Below are positions 12,400 through 25,395 of a DNA stretch of 48,381 bases, in pieces (position 1 is the stretch's first letter; each line of letters begins with the position of its first letter). The stretch lies in NCBI RefSeq assembly GCF_001194135.2, contig NC_068995.1, positions 21,520,215 to 21,568,595 on the forward strand. The letters are read 5' to 3'. Under the pieces are notes generated by a model. It was given only the letters and a program-made list of their open reading frames with translations. It did no database searches and was not told the origin of the DNA. The translations under genes and the position numbers were made by a program. The DNA comes from Octopus bimaculoides (taxonomy: Eukaryota).

Positions 12400-13856
12400 T
12401 GAGATATACGAGAATACAATGAGGATGGTTATTTTCTACGTTGACAAGATCTACATTAAAATGCAAAATGTGACAAAAGGAGTAGAGTGAAATCGCAGTA
12501 TACAGTGGAGCATCCAACGTTTCACATAATGATCTCGCAGTACACAATGGGCTATTCAATTAACTATTTATTATATATATAAATATATGTATATATGTAT
12601 ATATATATATATATATATNNNNNNNNNNNNNNNNNNNNNNNNNNNNNNNNNNNNNNNNNNNNNNNNNNNNNNNNNNNNNNNNNNNNNNNNNNNNNNNNNN
12701 NNNNNNNNNNNNNNNNNNNNNNNNNNNNNNNNNNNNNNNNNNNNNNNNNNNNNNNNNNNNNNNNNNNNNNNNNNNNNNNNNNNNNNNNNNNNNNNNNNNN
12801 NNNNNNNNNNNNNNNNNNNNNNNNNNNNNNNNNNNNNNNNNNNNNNNNNNNNNNNNNNNNNNNNNNNNNNNNNNNNNNNNNNNNNNNNNNNNNNNNNNNN
12901 NNNNNNNNNATATATATTCGTATATATACATACACATAAATGTATGTACGTACACACCCATATACTCACATACACACATATAGATATATATTGATTCAAG
13001 GACCTCCGACACGTTAGAGCAAATACACATGCGCATACATGAATAAAGATTGTATACATGGAATTACGTGGATGTATGCGTTTGTGCATGTATGCATGCT
13101 CCTGCATTTGTACATGTTACTGTATGTACGTGTACATATGGCGACATCATCGAATGTATATAATTGTTTCGGTTCGGGAAAACCGTGGTCACATATGGAA
13201 ATAGTAATAATTGCGTAACGTCTATTTGTAAATCGTTATATTGAATATCTATCTATATTTCTATCTGTCTGCATGTTTATTCAAGATTTTTCTGTATAAT
13301 TTTCTTTTATGCATATATGTGTGGTGCATGCTTGTGCGTGTGAGTGTGTGCGCATGTGTATGTGTGTGTATATATATATGATTGTATGTATATATGTATA
13401 TGTATGTGTGTGTGTGTGTGTATGCATGTACGCATTCATGTCATGCATTTCGGTATTTTGTTTCTCTATGCCCACTGATCGTCCAGTATGGAAAATAAAT
13501 GTTAGCGCCTCATTGTCGTCATTATTATATTACAGCAATGCTTACCACTTTAACGAGAGCTGGCATGTTGCTAATGAAGGTTAATAACAGTCATTACATC
13601 ATTGCCTGCATTTATCAAGCCCGACACACCCACTTCGATACAACACATGCATACACATATCCATGCATGAAGTTTTGAAATATATATAACTATACAAATA
13701 TATGTGTAGTCTCAGAGGAATTTACATAGTGACTAAATCACAGACGCTCGCACAAAACATGTAAATATTAGGTTTGCGTGGAATTTTTATTTTATCATAC
13801 TTAGATACATATATACAATGAAACAAATATACACACGGAAAAAATACGCATGTGTG

Positions 13857-13908
<52 letters not shown>

Positions 13909-15096
13909 AGATATATACATATATATATAAATATATATATGTATATATATATATTTATATATATATATATATATANNNNNNNNNNNNNNNNNNNNNNNNN
14001 NNNNNNNNNNNNNNNNNNNNNNNNNNNNNNNNNNNNNNNNNNNNNNNNNNNNNNNNNNNNNNNNNNNNNNNNNNNNNNNNNNNNNNNNNNNNNNNNNNNN
14101 NNNNNNNNNNNNNNNNNNNNNNNNNNNNNNNNNNNNNNNNNNNNNNNNNNNNNNNNNNNNNNNNNNNNNNNNNNNNNNNNNNNNNNNNNNNNNNNNNNNN
14201 NNNNNNNNNNNNNNNNNNNNNNNNNNNNNNNNNNNNNNNNNNNNNNNNNNNNNNNNNNNNNNNNNNNNNNNNNNNNNNNNNNNNNNNNNNNNNNNNNNNN
14301 NNNNNNNNNNNNNNNNNNNNNNNNNNNNNNNNNNNNNNNNNNNNNNNNNNNNNNNNNNNNNNNNNNNNNNNNNNNNNNNNNNNNNNNNNNNNNNNNNNNN
14401 NNNNNNNNNNNNNNNNNNNNNNNNNNNNNNNNNNNNNNNNNNNNNNNNNNNNNNNNNNNNNNNNNNNNNNNNNNNNNNNNNNNNNNNNNNNNNNNNNNNN
14501 NNNNNNNNNNNNNNNNNNNNNNNNNNTATACATATATGTCTGTTTACGTGTGTGTGTTTGTGTGTGTGTGTGTGTGTGTGATGTATGTATGGAATATATT
14601 TACATAAATTCATGTATGGCTACTTTTACGGAGTAGTGAAAGTAGTTTCTAAAGATGGGGTGGTAAGAGACATGTAAAGCTGCTTAAATGCATTAATTTT
14701 CCCCCACCAATATTCCGTTATATTTTTCTGTTCAAAATAATGGCTATATCTTTTTTTTTGTTTGCCCTGATCATATTTTTTTCCATTCTACTAATGATAT
14801 TTATTTAAACCATGTCTTATTTCTCAGTTTCAGAAGCTCTTACGTTTTTTAACCAATTATTTCTTCTCGTTTTAGATAATAGGGATTTTTTTATTGCATA
14901 AATCGTTGTTTTTGTTCATATATCATTCTGTATTACTTTTCTCTTGTTTAACCCTTTCTTATTTCATTTTGTCTCGTTTTGCCTAACAATTGTTTAATAT
15001 CTCCTCTCTTTTGACTATTCACCCTTTATAATAGCTATATTATGCATCATTCTGTATATTTTTGTGCATACAATAAAACTTTGAATTGAACGTAAC

Positions 15097-15229
15097 TTAC
15101 TTACGAACTACATGGTTGCGGGTTCAGTCTCATTGCGTGGCACATTGGGCAAGTGTCTTCTGGTATAGCCTCGGACCGACGAATGCCTTATGAGTGGATT
15201 TGGTAGATGGAAACTGAAAGAAGCCCGTC

Positions 15230-15287
<58 letters not shown>

Positions 15288-15493
15288 GTGTATATGATTG
15301 GATGTATTGTGTTTGCCCACCAAAATCGCTTGACAACAGATGCTGGTGTGTTTACGTCCCCGTAACCTAGCGGTTCGGCAAAAGAACCGATAGAATATGT
15401 ACCAGGCTTACAAAGAATATGTCCTGCGGTTGATTTGCTCAACTAAAGGCAGTGCTCCAGCATGGACGCAGTCAAATGACTGAAACAAATAAA
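15097..15493 (+). mobile_element. tRNA-derived SINE, family 1
   Basis: B-box-like GGGTTCAGTCTC, body GGCAAGTGTCTTCT...GGAAACTGAAAGAAGCCCGTCG, (TA)n linker, then 3' module ending CAAATGACTGAAACAAATAAA. Confidence 0.88.
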
Positions 15494-15545
15494 TCATACA
15501 CACACACACACACACGCATACACACACATACACACACACACACAG

Positions 15546-15637
<92 letters not shown>

Positions 15638-15699
15638 GTATAGGTTATCAGAGGTAATGGTGTCACGAAGACCCGAAGATGTCAGGTTAAGCTCCAGGT

Positions 15700-15880
15700 T
15701 TGGTGATTATACGAATAAGGAGTCCAACGTAGGTAGATACTTCCGTGAAGAAACATCTACGGAAATGCCAGACCCGAGGATTTACAATGCACATCAAAGC
15801 AACACAGCGGAAGACGGGCAACCTTAGAATCTCGGAGGCCATCCTCATACACCAAAAAACACCTAAGAATAACAACAGAA
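15700..15880 (+). mobile_element. Penelope-like element GIY-YIG endonuclease C-terminal fragment
   Basis: ESNVGRYFREE then (frameshift) FTMHIKATQRKTGNLRISEAILIHQKTPKNN fits the GIY-YIG C-terminal pattern S.V..HF...F..I....L.I.EAI.I....P..N. Confidence 0.62.
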
Positions 15881-17887
15881 GAAAGTTACAGGAAGCTAGC
15901 TGGTTGTTATAGCAATACCTTTCCGCGCATGTCCACTCCACACACGCTCACACATGGACATCGGCAACATTCGTTTATTTTCTTGAAAATGGCGTAATAA
16001 CCAAGAAATAGTGAATACAAGATGAGTGTACATTAATTCATATTTTGGTTTTCTTGTGATTTACATTGCATTACTTCTAGCCTTACCCACGAACCTTTAT
16101 ACAATATATATATGTATATATATTCCCCCCTACCACTGTGCCTCTGTTATTTACACGTGACTACAGGCTGTTTCAATCGTCTCTTTATTTTCTGGACTAG
16201 ACGTTTTTCCGGGTTGGATATCAGTTTTCTCGGCTCCCAACGTTTTTTCTTCTACATTTTCCTTCTACTATTTTGTTCTCTTCAGATTATTCTATTCTAC
16301 TATTTTCTTCTCTTCTATTATTTTATTTCGTTGACAAAACTTTTTCCAGGCGTTACTCAATACAATTCGTCTTCGCATGATGGCCCTTAATGTTTGTATT
16401 TGTGGATTGTTAACTATATACGTCCACTCTATCATTGTTTGTTCGTTCGAAGCTTTAACTCTCCACGAACTATATATCTTTCAAAATTTCTGGATGCTGT
16501 TGTCTTTAAAGGCATGAACTCAGAGCAATAGACAGTACGACAACTGATGAGAAGTTAACTTCTAGTTGTATTTTGTCCTATACTTTTCTCTCGTGTATTT
16601 ACGTAATTTTTTCTCGTTGGTGATGTCCCGTACTTATTATTGTGTATGTTTTTGGTATTTTGTTCTGTACTTATTTATTGTGTGTTTGCGTATTTTTCAC
16701 TCGCTGGTGATGTCCTATACACAATGTGGATTTTTCATCTCATATATNNNNNNNNNNNNNNNNNNNNNTATATAATCCAAAAACGAAATCTATATTTTAT
16801 ATATGTATTTATAAATATGTATGCACACACACACACACATATATATATATATGTATATATTATATAAATATATATATAAATATATAATCCAAAAACGAAA
16901 TCTATATTTTATATATGTATTTATAAATATGTATGCACACACACACACACATATATATATATATGTATAGTTGTGCGTGTGAAGTGTTTGTGTGTGTGTA
17001 TGTGCATATTCATTTATATATGATTATGCTTCCCACACAAACTTATACACAAATTATGGCGCGTCCACGACAGCTGTGTAGAAAACATTTAAATCGGCTT
17101 AACGGTTTCTTCTACAATTATGCCGTTTCCTTCAGCCTGAATGTAAAACTCGTTTATTTTTTTTTATGTTAGAAGGAAGTGAAATACATTTTACTTACCA
17201 ATGTATCATTATTCTAACTATGTCTCAAAATATACCTTCCTCCAAGTAGAATTCTGAAAGCAGCATCACAAATTAAATCATTTATGACACCACTACTATT
17301 TTGATACCGGTACAAGCAGCATAAAAAAACACTTGGATAAATTATTGAAGAAGGCGTAAAAACACTTCTCACATTAGTTGAAAAGGACCTTTAAATCAAA
17401 ATTTATTTTTGTGCTGTGAAATAGCCCTTGATTATCCTTGACGGTACTCTTTGAAATGGCTACAAATTCCTGGATGAAGTTAAAACAAACTTAATTTTAC
17501 GGTTAAAGAGCTCCTAATTCATGCATTTTCCATTGAAAAAATATCTAATTCTTGTGATGCTAACCGATTTTTAAAAACGCTGTGAATCGGCCAAAATATT
17601 CTATGCAATTGATAAAAAATAGTGTACAAATGCCAGTGCTGCTGTCACTAAAAAAACATATGTTGCCGTATGTAAACGATTCTAGAGGAACGAATATGGA
17701 ATGTATTCAATTTAGAAAGACTTTGAAATTACAGCTTCCAAACGACGTTTCTCCAAATCTTAGACTATCGTTGGGCGACATGCCATTCCTATCAAGATGA
17801 AAGAAAAAGCAAACTGCTGTCATATTGGTTTCAAATTTTGGTAGAAGGCAATCATGTTAGGGGCAGGCAATAATCGATAACATTCAA

Positions 17888-18003
17888 TTGGTACGTATTT
17901 TATCGACTCCGAAAAGGACGAAAGGCATAGTCGACCATGAAAAGCCAGACGAAATGCTGCTAAACATATTACCCGCCGTGGTCACGATTCTGCTATATAA
18001 CCA
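17888..18003 (-). mobile_element. tRNA-derived SINE, family 2, internally deleted
   Basis: Reverse complement contains GCAGAATCGTG, GTCGACTATGCCTTTCGTCCTTTTCGGAGTCGATAAAATACGTACCA. Confidence 0.7.
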
Positions 18004-19028
18004 CTTTTAACTGCTTTCATATTGTAAGTTATCGATGATATTGCTGTATTGCACTTGAAATTATGTAATGTTAGTTAATGGAAATTAATACTTTAATATT
18101 CACAGCTGCTACATTTCTTAAAGAAGACCTAGGGAAAATCTGGTCTATACGCATGAATGAAATTACTCAAAGGAAGCAACCTAGATAGAACACTGTTCTT
18201 GCAGTAAGCTTCATGAATCTGCACTGCCATATTGGTTGGCTCATCAAAATAATAAAATGTAATGGAAGAGAGGAGTCACACCTCACCGATTACATCTTAT
18301 GCAAACAATTATCAAACATGTATATGGAAAAAATTCCTGCCAAACTCTTGCGGGAATACTCGTAGTTACACTAAAGCACTAAGGACGCTGATTGAAAACT
18401 TCGTTATCTGTAAAAATCACGCTTTTGCTTCCAATCCACGGATATAATACCGGGAAATGGTGAAAGGAAACATTACTTTTGCATTAAAAGGGAAATCAAG
18501 CAAAATAACCCATCCATAAATAAAAGTATTTGACAACCATCGCGATATATCAACTAGCGTATGACTGAGAGATAACAGTTTCCTAAAAGGACCCGTTCTC
18601 AACTTCCGCCAAGTACTCAAGGGAGCTTCAGAACCGAGCGCATGCGGAAGATCTTCGAACATCACCTTCGTCTTCGCCGTCATCTGAAACTTGGTGTTTC
18701 AGTCAGAACGGCTGTCTTTTTTAACCACAACACAGAGGGAGTAATCCATGAGATTACAATGGGTGGGATCAGGAGCCTACAAATTAGGGCTAATCTTGTA
18801 GAAATTGTTCGACAAACACTTCTTCCTCTTTCCAGAGGTATAGCAAGGAGTACAACCTTGCTGTCACACATATGGCCTTCCGCCAGTAATCTTCCTTGAC
18901 CAGGGTTTTTGCACAATATCCAGCAGTTTCACATATAGCCCTGTGAATTGAGCCGAAGGCCCTGTTCAAAGTTATTGAGATTATTTCTGGCGTCCACACA
19001 TTTTTAGAAATACTGTCGTGAACCTTAC

Positions 19029-19113
19029 CTCTGGCCACGGTTTTGTCGTCTACAGTGCTATTGTTATGATTTACAGCCTGTATTGTATTTACAGATTGTT
19101 GAGCAGCAGCCAT
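19029..19113 (-). CDS. Candidate first coding segment MAAAQQSVNTIQAVNHNNSTVDDKTVAR of an unidentified gene (within candidate exon 19279-19029)
   Basis: Strong acceptor T(14)ACAG|G at 19280/19279, good-context ATG (ACATCATGG) at 19113, and donor AG|GTAAGG at 19029/19028 (phase 1). No homology recognised and no confirmed downstream exon. Confidence 0.3.
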
Positions 19114-20211
19114 GATGTCGGTTTTTTTATTGCTGGCGTGAATTATGATACAGGTAACTCTTTTTCAATATTCACATGGCTTCTAATTCTCCATGTTAGC
19201 TATTTTTTTTTTATGACTACGACTTTAACCTCTATCATCTTCAACACTGTTGATTTTTCACCAATACCTCAAGTTATTCCTGTAAAAAAAAAAAAAACAG
19301 GAGACATTAATAAAATCTGTCACATTTTACTAGATGATTATATGTGTACAGATAGGAAAAAATAGGCATTCGGACATGCAACTCAGACACATAAGACATT
19401 GGAGAAGCAGATGAATTTATAGGTATGCACACACCCACACACGCACACAAAAATACACATGCCCATCACATGCATAAAGGCATACGTACATACACATGCA
19501 CATACATATATGCATTCAAACATACATACGCATATAAAAACATGCATACATATATACTTACATGCATATGCATGAGTTTTTAATTTAAAGTAGCTGGAAT
19601 GTCTTCTTGAAGTACTTTTATACAAGATGTATGATTTAACGAAGCAAAAGATTACAGCAGCAAGCTATAACCATACAAATTATACCTTTACATATAGCTA
19701 TCCATATTTCCTTTTATCTTAAAATGTCATATAGCATACTTTGATGGTTAAGACGACCTACACGTGTTTCCAAAGAACAGATTATGGGTTGCTGCATATG
19801 CAGTTTGGTTCAAACCAAACTGTATTCAGTTAGTTTTTTTTTGTCGATTACGGTTCAGTGGGAAAGGACGAGATTTTGCTTTGAATCCGAAATCTGATCT
19901 GTTTGTAATCTTATGTGGTGGACTTCAGCTTCACACCAGTTGTTGGCCTAAGTCAGGATTCTATCTAGTTGGGTCAAAGTTTATGTTTTGGCAGGCTTCT
20001 TTGTGTATTATAGTATACGGGTACTTAATAAGGTTACTTTCAGGTATAGTTTTCGTAATGTAATTCAGATATTTTCGTGAATGTGTTATTTATTACGATG
20101 GGTATTAGAAAGGAAAAAGGAATACATACTAGGTTGTTTAAGAAAAGGGCATATACTCAGGGATTTTACGATATATGCTTCTATGATTCCTTTCTTACCC
20201 ACCTGTGGGTA

Positions 20212-20254
<43 letters not shown>

Positions 20255-20576
20255 NNNNNNNNNNNNNNNNNNNNNNNNNNNNNNNNNNNNNNNNNNNNNN
20301 NNNNNNNNNNNNNNNNNNNNNNNNNNNNNNNNNNNNNNNNNNNNNNNNNNNNNNNNNNNNNNNNNNNNNNNNNNNNNNNNNNNNNNNNNNNNNNNNNNNN
20401 NNNNNNNNNNNNNNNNNNNNNNNNNNNNNNNNNNNNNNNNNNNNNNNNNNNNNNNNNNNNNNNNNNNNNNNNNNNNNNNNNNNNNNNNNNNNNNNNNNNN
20501 NNNNNNNNNNNNNNNNNNNNNNNNNNNNNNNNNNNNNNNNNNNNNNNNNNNNNNNNNNNNNNNNNNNNNNNNNNNN

Positions 20577-20621
<45 letters not shown>

Positions 20622-22826
20622 TCAATAATGATATAGGAGTCAGTGTGACAGGGAACCTGCTTACATACAGTAATCTATATTTAGTCAATTTTCTGACATC
20701 GTTTGACAGTCAGACAATTAAAATGGAATTGGCACAAAGATAGACGGTTTATCACCAAATCTCCCAAAACTTGAAAAGGGGCACACATGTTACATCAAAC
20801 TATATATTAATCCAACGCACTTCACATAATTAATAACTTTAACGATTATTCGTACTTCTGAAAACCAGAGAAAAGAAACAATTGTAGACGCTTAACAATT
20901 TGCTATATTTGTAACTGAGATCAGAATTCTTAAAAATGACTTTTATCAAAAGCGATTGGAGCTTCAGAAATCTATGAAATACTTGTAAATAATGACATGA
21001 AAATGATACATATATTTTTGATACCCTAATGAGTTTCATGCAGAGAGTAATGCAGAAGTATTCGATTGAGTTATTATAAACTGTGAACATTCTTAATACT
21101 TGCTAATACATTGAGGAATGTGAATATAAATACAATGATATTACCTAAAATAGTACTTCAAATAAAATTTGTTATTTTACTTAAAAAAATATTTCTCGTA
21201 AATTTTAAAACTAGACAAGTATTTATATAACCTTATATCAACAAGTAGTGTGATGAATTATTTATCAAAAAGACTGCAATTCTAACAGGATGAAGAGAGT
21301 ATAATATACATGCAAATTTGACTGAATGTAAGTGATAAATATATTTCCGATTACCCTTGCAAACAAGAAATTTATTTTTGGTAGCACTATGTTGATTACA
21401 ATGCTGTAAAAACTATGAATTTACTTGGTTCTATTAACCATAACGTTTCACCATTATTTTCTAAAAGTGCTGGAATAAACTTTATATAGCACTCCGTTAA
21501 ATCTACCGTTTTAAAATTGAAATTTTAAATTGAAATATAAGTTTGTATTCTTGTGATTAGTTTTCCTCTGAATGTAATGAAAAGTTGTATGTTTCTGGCG
21601 TAGCATATTTCGGGGAACATCATTTTAAGTATTTAACTAAAAGTTAAGGAAACATTTAATATGTCAATCCTACATTTTCTCACTTTCTATACCACATATT
21701 TTCTTTCAGTTTTCATCCAGTTTTGTTTTTATACATGCAAATATGTCGGTTTGCTCGTTTGTGTTTGTTCGTCTGTGTGACTGTACATATATCTATGCAA
21801 ACGCGTACGTATGAATATAAAGTCGAAAAATCACAACTATGAACGCCCACATCCAAATGTCATCTGAGGAATGAAAGACACCAACTGATAAACGGCGATA
21901 CATGATTTCGGCAAAACTCTCCTGGCGTCGGTTTTTCAATAAACTTATAACAAATTGTGCTTCAGAATGTAGTGAAGATTGGACAATGCGTAAATATTTT
22001 GACAACAAGAGAGGCAGACAATAAGTATAATAAATATACGAAAAATTTGGTGCGACAAATACTTGATGCATAAAGTAATTGTTATTTGTTAAGACAAACA
22101 CAATGCAAAGGAATGTGCCAAAGTATTTTAAATAGTGAACTAAGTAACTTAATGTCAAAGTGACAATTTGATATTAAGCCCGCTTTTGGGAGAATAACGA
22201 ACATAAACAAGCATATTAGTGAATCCAGGTAATGCTAACTGGGGAAATAGATTATTAGAAATTAATCTTTAACTGAAAATACATATAGTGCGAAATAAAG
22301 TTGCAAAGACCGAAGTGAAGTCCAAAAGGAAAGAAACATGCGAATGTAGACGTTTGTAGATTTAATATAGGAAAGAGATCATGCAACTTAGAGGGCGATT
22401 CTAGGAATTAAAAACTAACTGATGGAAGGGTTAAGTTAGAACAATCAGAAAAGAGTAGGAGAGAGAACGAGTGATGGAGAACAAAAAAGGGAGAATGAGA
22501 GTGAGACAAAATAGTTTGAGAACGAGACAAAAGGAAGCGAAAGGTGCAAGCGAGACAGTGACTGAGGAATATATAAAAGCATATTCCTGTGGCCTTAGAA
22601 TCAAAGAGAAAATACAAGTTGAAGGAAATAAAGAAAAAAAGCTGACATAACAAAGAGGTCACAGACATCGACACCGACCTCATGAAAATACACGTTGGGT
22701 GACGACAATAGAAACTGCACTAGTTCTGCAACAAAACCGTTCGCTCCTTGTGTGTGTGTGTGTGTGTTTATCTGTCTGTCTGCCTGTGTACAGACACAGA
22801 CTATCACAAACATATGTATCTTCTTG

Positions 22827-22878
<52 letters not shown>

Positions 22879-22899
22879 TCAAAACTTTATATCCTACAT

Positions 22900-23120
22900 T
22901 ACCAGCACGTATTGTCAAAACGCTGAATGCTGCGGTATCCGTGTTGAGAGGACCCGTACGGTGCTAAGACCATAGACGTATCGCGTAGCGGATGGAAATC
23001 GAATGGCATCGGCACCAAAACTGCCAGATCACGTGATTTCCGCGTGATTTCCACGTTCTACGCTTCTTCGGTGGCTTGCCTTCAGTTGCTGCATATCGCC
23101 AGTGGTCTTGTTCGTGAGAA
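22900..23120. promoter_or_regulatory. CpG-rich candidate bidirectional promoter with palindromic E-box
   Basis: About 20 CpG in 220 nt within otherwise CpG-poor DNA. Perfect palindrome ATCACGTGAT at 23028-23037 and direct repeat CGTGATTTCC (23032, 23043). Minus-strand donor TG|GTAATG at 22903/22902 and plus-strand donor TC|GTGAGA at 23113/23114. Confidence 0.45.
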
Positions 23121-23672
23121 ATGTATTACATATGTTGACCTGCTATTCAGTATTTTTGTGTGTATGAAGTTTACAGCATCTCAGTAATTTCCATTAAACA
23201 GCTTGTGGCAGTTATTTTAGTGCTATTCTTGGCCGTTACGACTCGACACCTGGATGTTGATGCCTTATTTACAAACAGCAGGATGTTGATGACAACTTCA
23301 CATATCTTTTTTTTTTTTTAATCTTGATACACTGAAAAGCTTTTGATCTTGTGTGAAGAAAACATCATGTATGGCAACATCCAAAGATGTACTTCAGCAT
23401 AGATAAAAAGAAGAGGCCTAGCTACTAAACAAGAAAACAGTGAGCATTGTGTATACTTTTATTTCATTGCAAAAGATGGCTAATTCTGAAAAAGAGACAT
23501 CATTCTGCAGCAAGCCGTTCCTCTCTCTATGGAATGAATGAAGTCTTGGAAAGGCTAGGATCATTACTCACTAGGTTTATGCATGCAAGGCTACATGTAC
23601 TTGCACACAAGGAAACATACATAAATACATACATATACAGATATATTCATAAATATACAAGCATACGCACAT

Positions 23673-23774
<102 letters not shown>

Positions 23775-23848
23775 CCAATCATTATGTGAGCCAATCGAAC
23801 ACGTTCTCGCTGCCATAATTTCAAGATAAATGCAAAACATCTTGTTTA

Positions 23849-24195
23849 TCTATATATATAAAAATGACAATGTATGTCTGTCTGTCTGTGTGTGTGTGTG
23901 TGTGTGAATCCCTAAAACTCGAGAACTACGCAACCAATTTCATTCAAATTTTACACATGCCTTACTTAGGTTTCTAGTTGTGTCTATTCAAAAAATTTTT
24001 TAAACTTCTTGCAGTGTTCGAGCCCATGGCAACATAATATCTCCTCCACTATTTAAGTATTATGTGTCAAAAGTGAAACAAAAACACTCATGTCAAATAC
24101 TTTCACTTTAAAAATGAAACTATTCCACTAACTGAAACAATCACATTTCGATACTGTAATGACAGATACTTTCAGAGAGAGAGAGAAAGAGAGAA

Positions 24196-24226
<31 letters not shown>

Positions 24227-24273
24227 AAGAGATAGAGAGATGTATATGTACACGTATATGTATAGATATATAT

Positions 24274-24306
<33 letters not shown>

Positions 24307-25395
24307 TGTATATGTATACATATAGATGTATATGTACACGTATNNNNNNNNNNATAGATAAATATAGATCTATATGCATACATGTATATGTATACATATG
24401 TGTAGATGTATATATATATAGATGTACATGTAATATGTACACATATATACATATATATATACATGCATACAGGTATCTATACATATATATGCCCATCACA
24501 CACATACACATGCACACAAACACACACATTAGTCATTTGTTTTCTTATCCAAAACTACGTCAAAAGTACTGAATGGATCTTTATGAAATTTGGAAATTAT
24601 ATTCTATGCATAACGGCCATAACTCACATGAAAATTCATATGTTTTTGATGTTGATGACATTCTAACCCGAACATAACAGATGAGCATTATTTGTAATTC
24701 AACAGTACAACAGTGTAAGACTACCCTTTCAGATATACTTACATTGTGATTTCTGCAATGTGGTTCATAAATTGTCAAGTAAATGAGACGCATCTTGCCT
24801 CCATTGATTCACTTGCAAAGTGTTGAGTAAAATTATTTCGTTGAGTAGACCTCCTTTGAATCTTTTTTATTATCACTGCGACACACATAGTCCCCAGTTG
24901 GTAACATTGATTTCAAGGCCTTCTCAGATGAGAGACTGGTTGTTCTAAGATTTTTATCGATTGTAGATTTTGCCTGCACAGTTACCTATCGACTTTTGTC
25001 ATGTCCATAAACAAATCTGAGGGTCAAACACTGTCTGTAGCTGGTCTTCTCTGGGAAGAGCCCTGCTTCTCACATGGAGAACTGTATGTTGGCTGCTCAA
25101 GAGTGGGCAGCAAAAAAAAACCTATTTGCATATGCTCCACAAGGGAAAACAAGGAACATTGTTTACAACGAGGTGTTATAATCACAACAGCAAGAAAGTA
25201 TGTACATGATCACCTTCTTTTACGAAACTTCATTGACTTTCATATATTTATATTGATATACATATATATACGTGTGTTTGGGTGCGTGTGTGTGTGTGTA
25301 TACATCTCTATATATAAAGCTGATGCGTAGTCTAGACGGCGTTTTTAGATTTCATTATTCTCTTTAACCCGGGCAACGCCGGGTATTTCTGCTAG
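23849..25395 (+). mobile_element. Non-autonomous Helitron, both termini intact, carrying a helicase 3' remnant
   Basis: 5' end A|TCTATATATATAAAA at 23848/23849. 3' end has the GC hairpin CCCGGGCAACGCCGGG followed by TATTTCTG-CTAG (25392-25395) then T. It sits in an A|T target with no TSD, as expected for Helitrons. It contains a PIF1-type helicase C-terminus. Confidence 0.88.
24980..25181 (+). pseudogene. Helitron RepHel PIF1-like helicase C-terminal fragment (frameshifted)
   Basis: Translation MSINKSEGQTLSVAGLLWEEPCFSHGELYVGCSRV matches SF1B helicase motifs V/VI (INKSQGQT...FSHGQLYV.CSRV). After a frameshift in a poly-A run it continues LFAYAPQGKTRNIVYNEVL* (stop 25179-25181). Confidence 0.88.

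Noticed and set aside
12487-12558. Imperfect ~30-nt direct repeat (TCGCAGTA(T/C)ACA(G/A)TGG)
   Set aside because: Only two degenerate units; not a CRISPR or functional array.
17199-17469. Minus-strand perfect donor G|GTAAGT at 17199 with upstream acceptors
   Set aside because: All phase-compatible frames contain stops.
21793-22158. 121-aa minus-strand ORF
   Set aside because: No recognisable domain or convincing splice boundaries.
23477-23542. MANSEKETSFCSKPFLSLWNE* downstream of the candidate promoter
   Set aside because: Stops after 21 codons with no donor before the stop.
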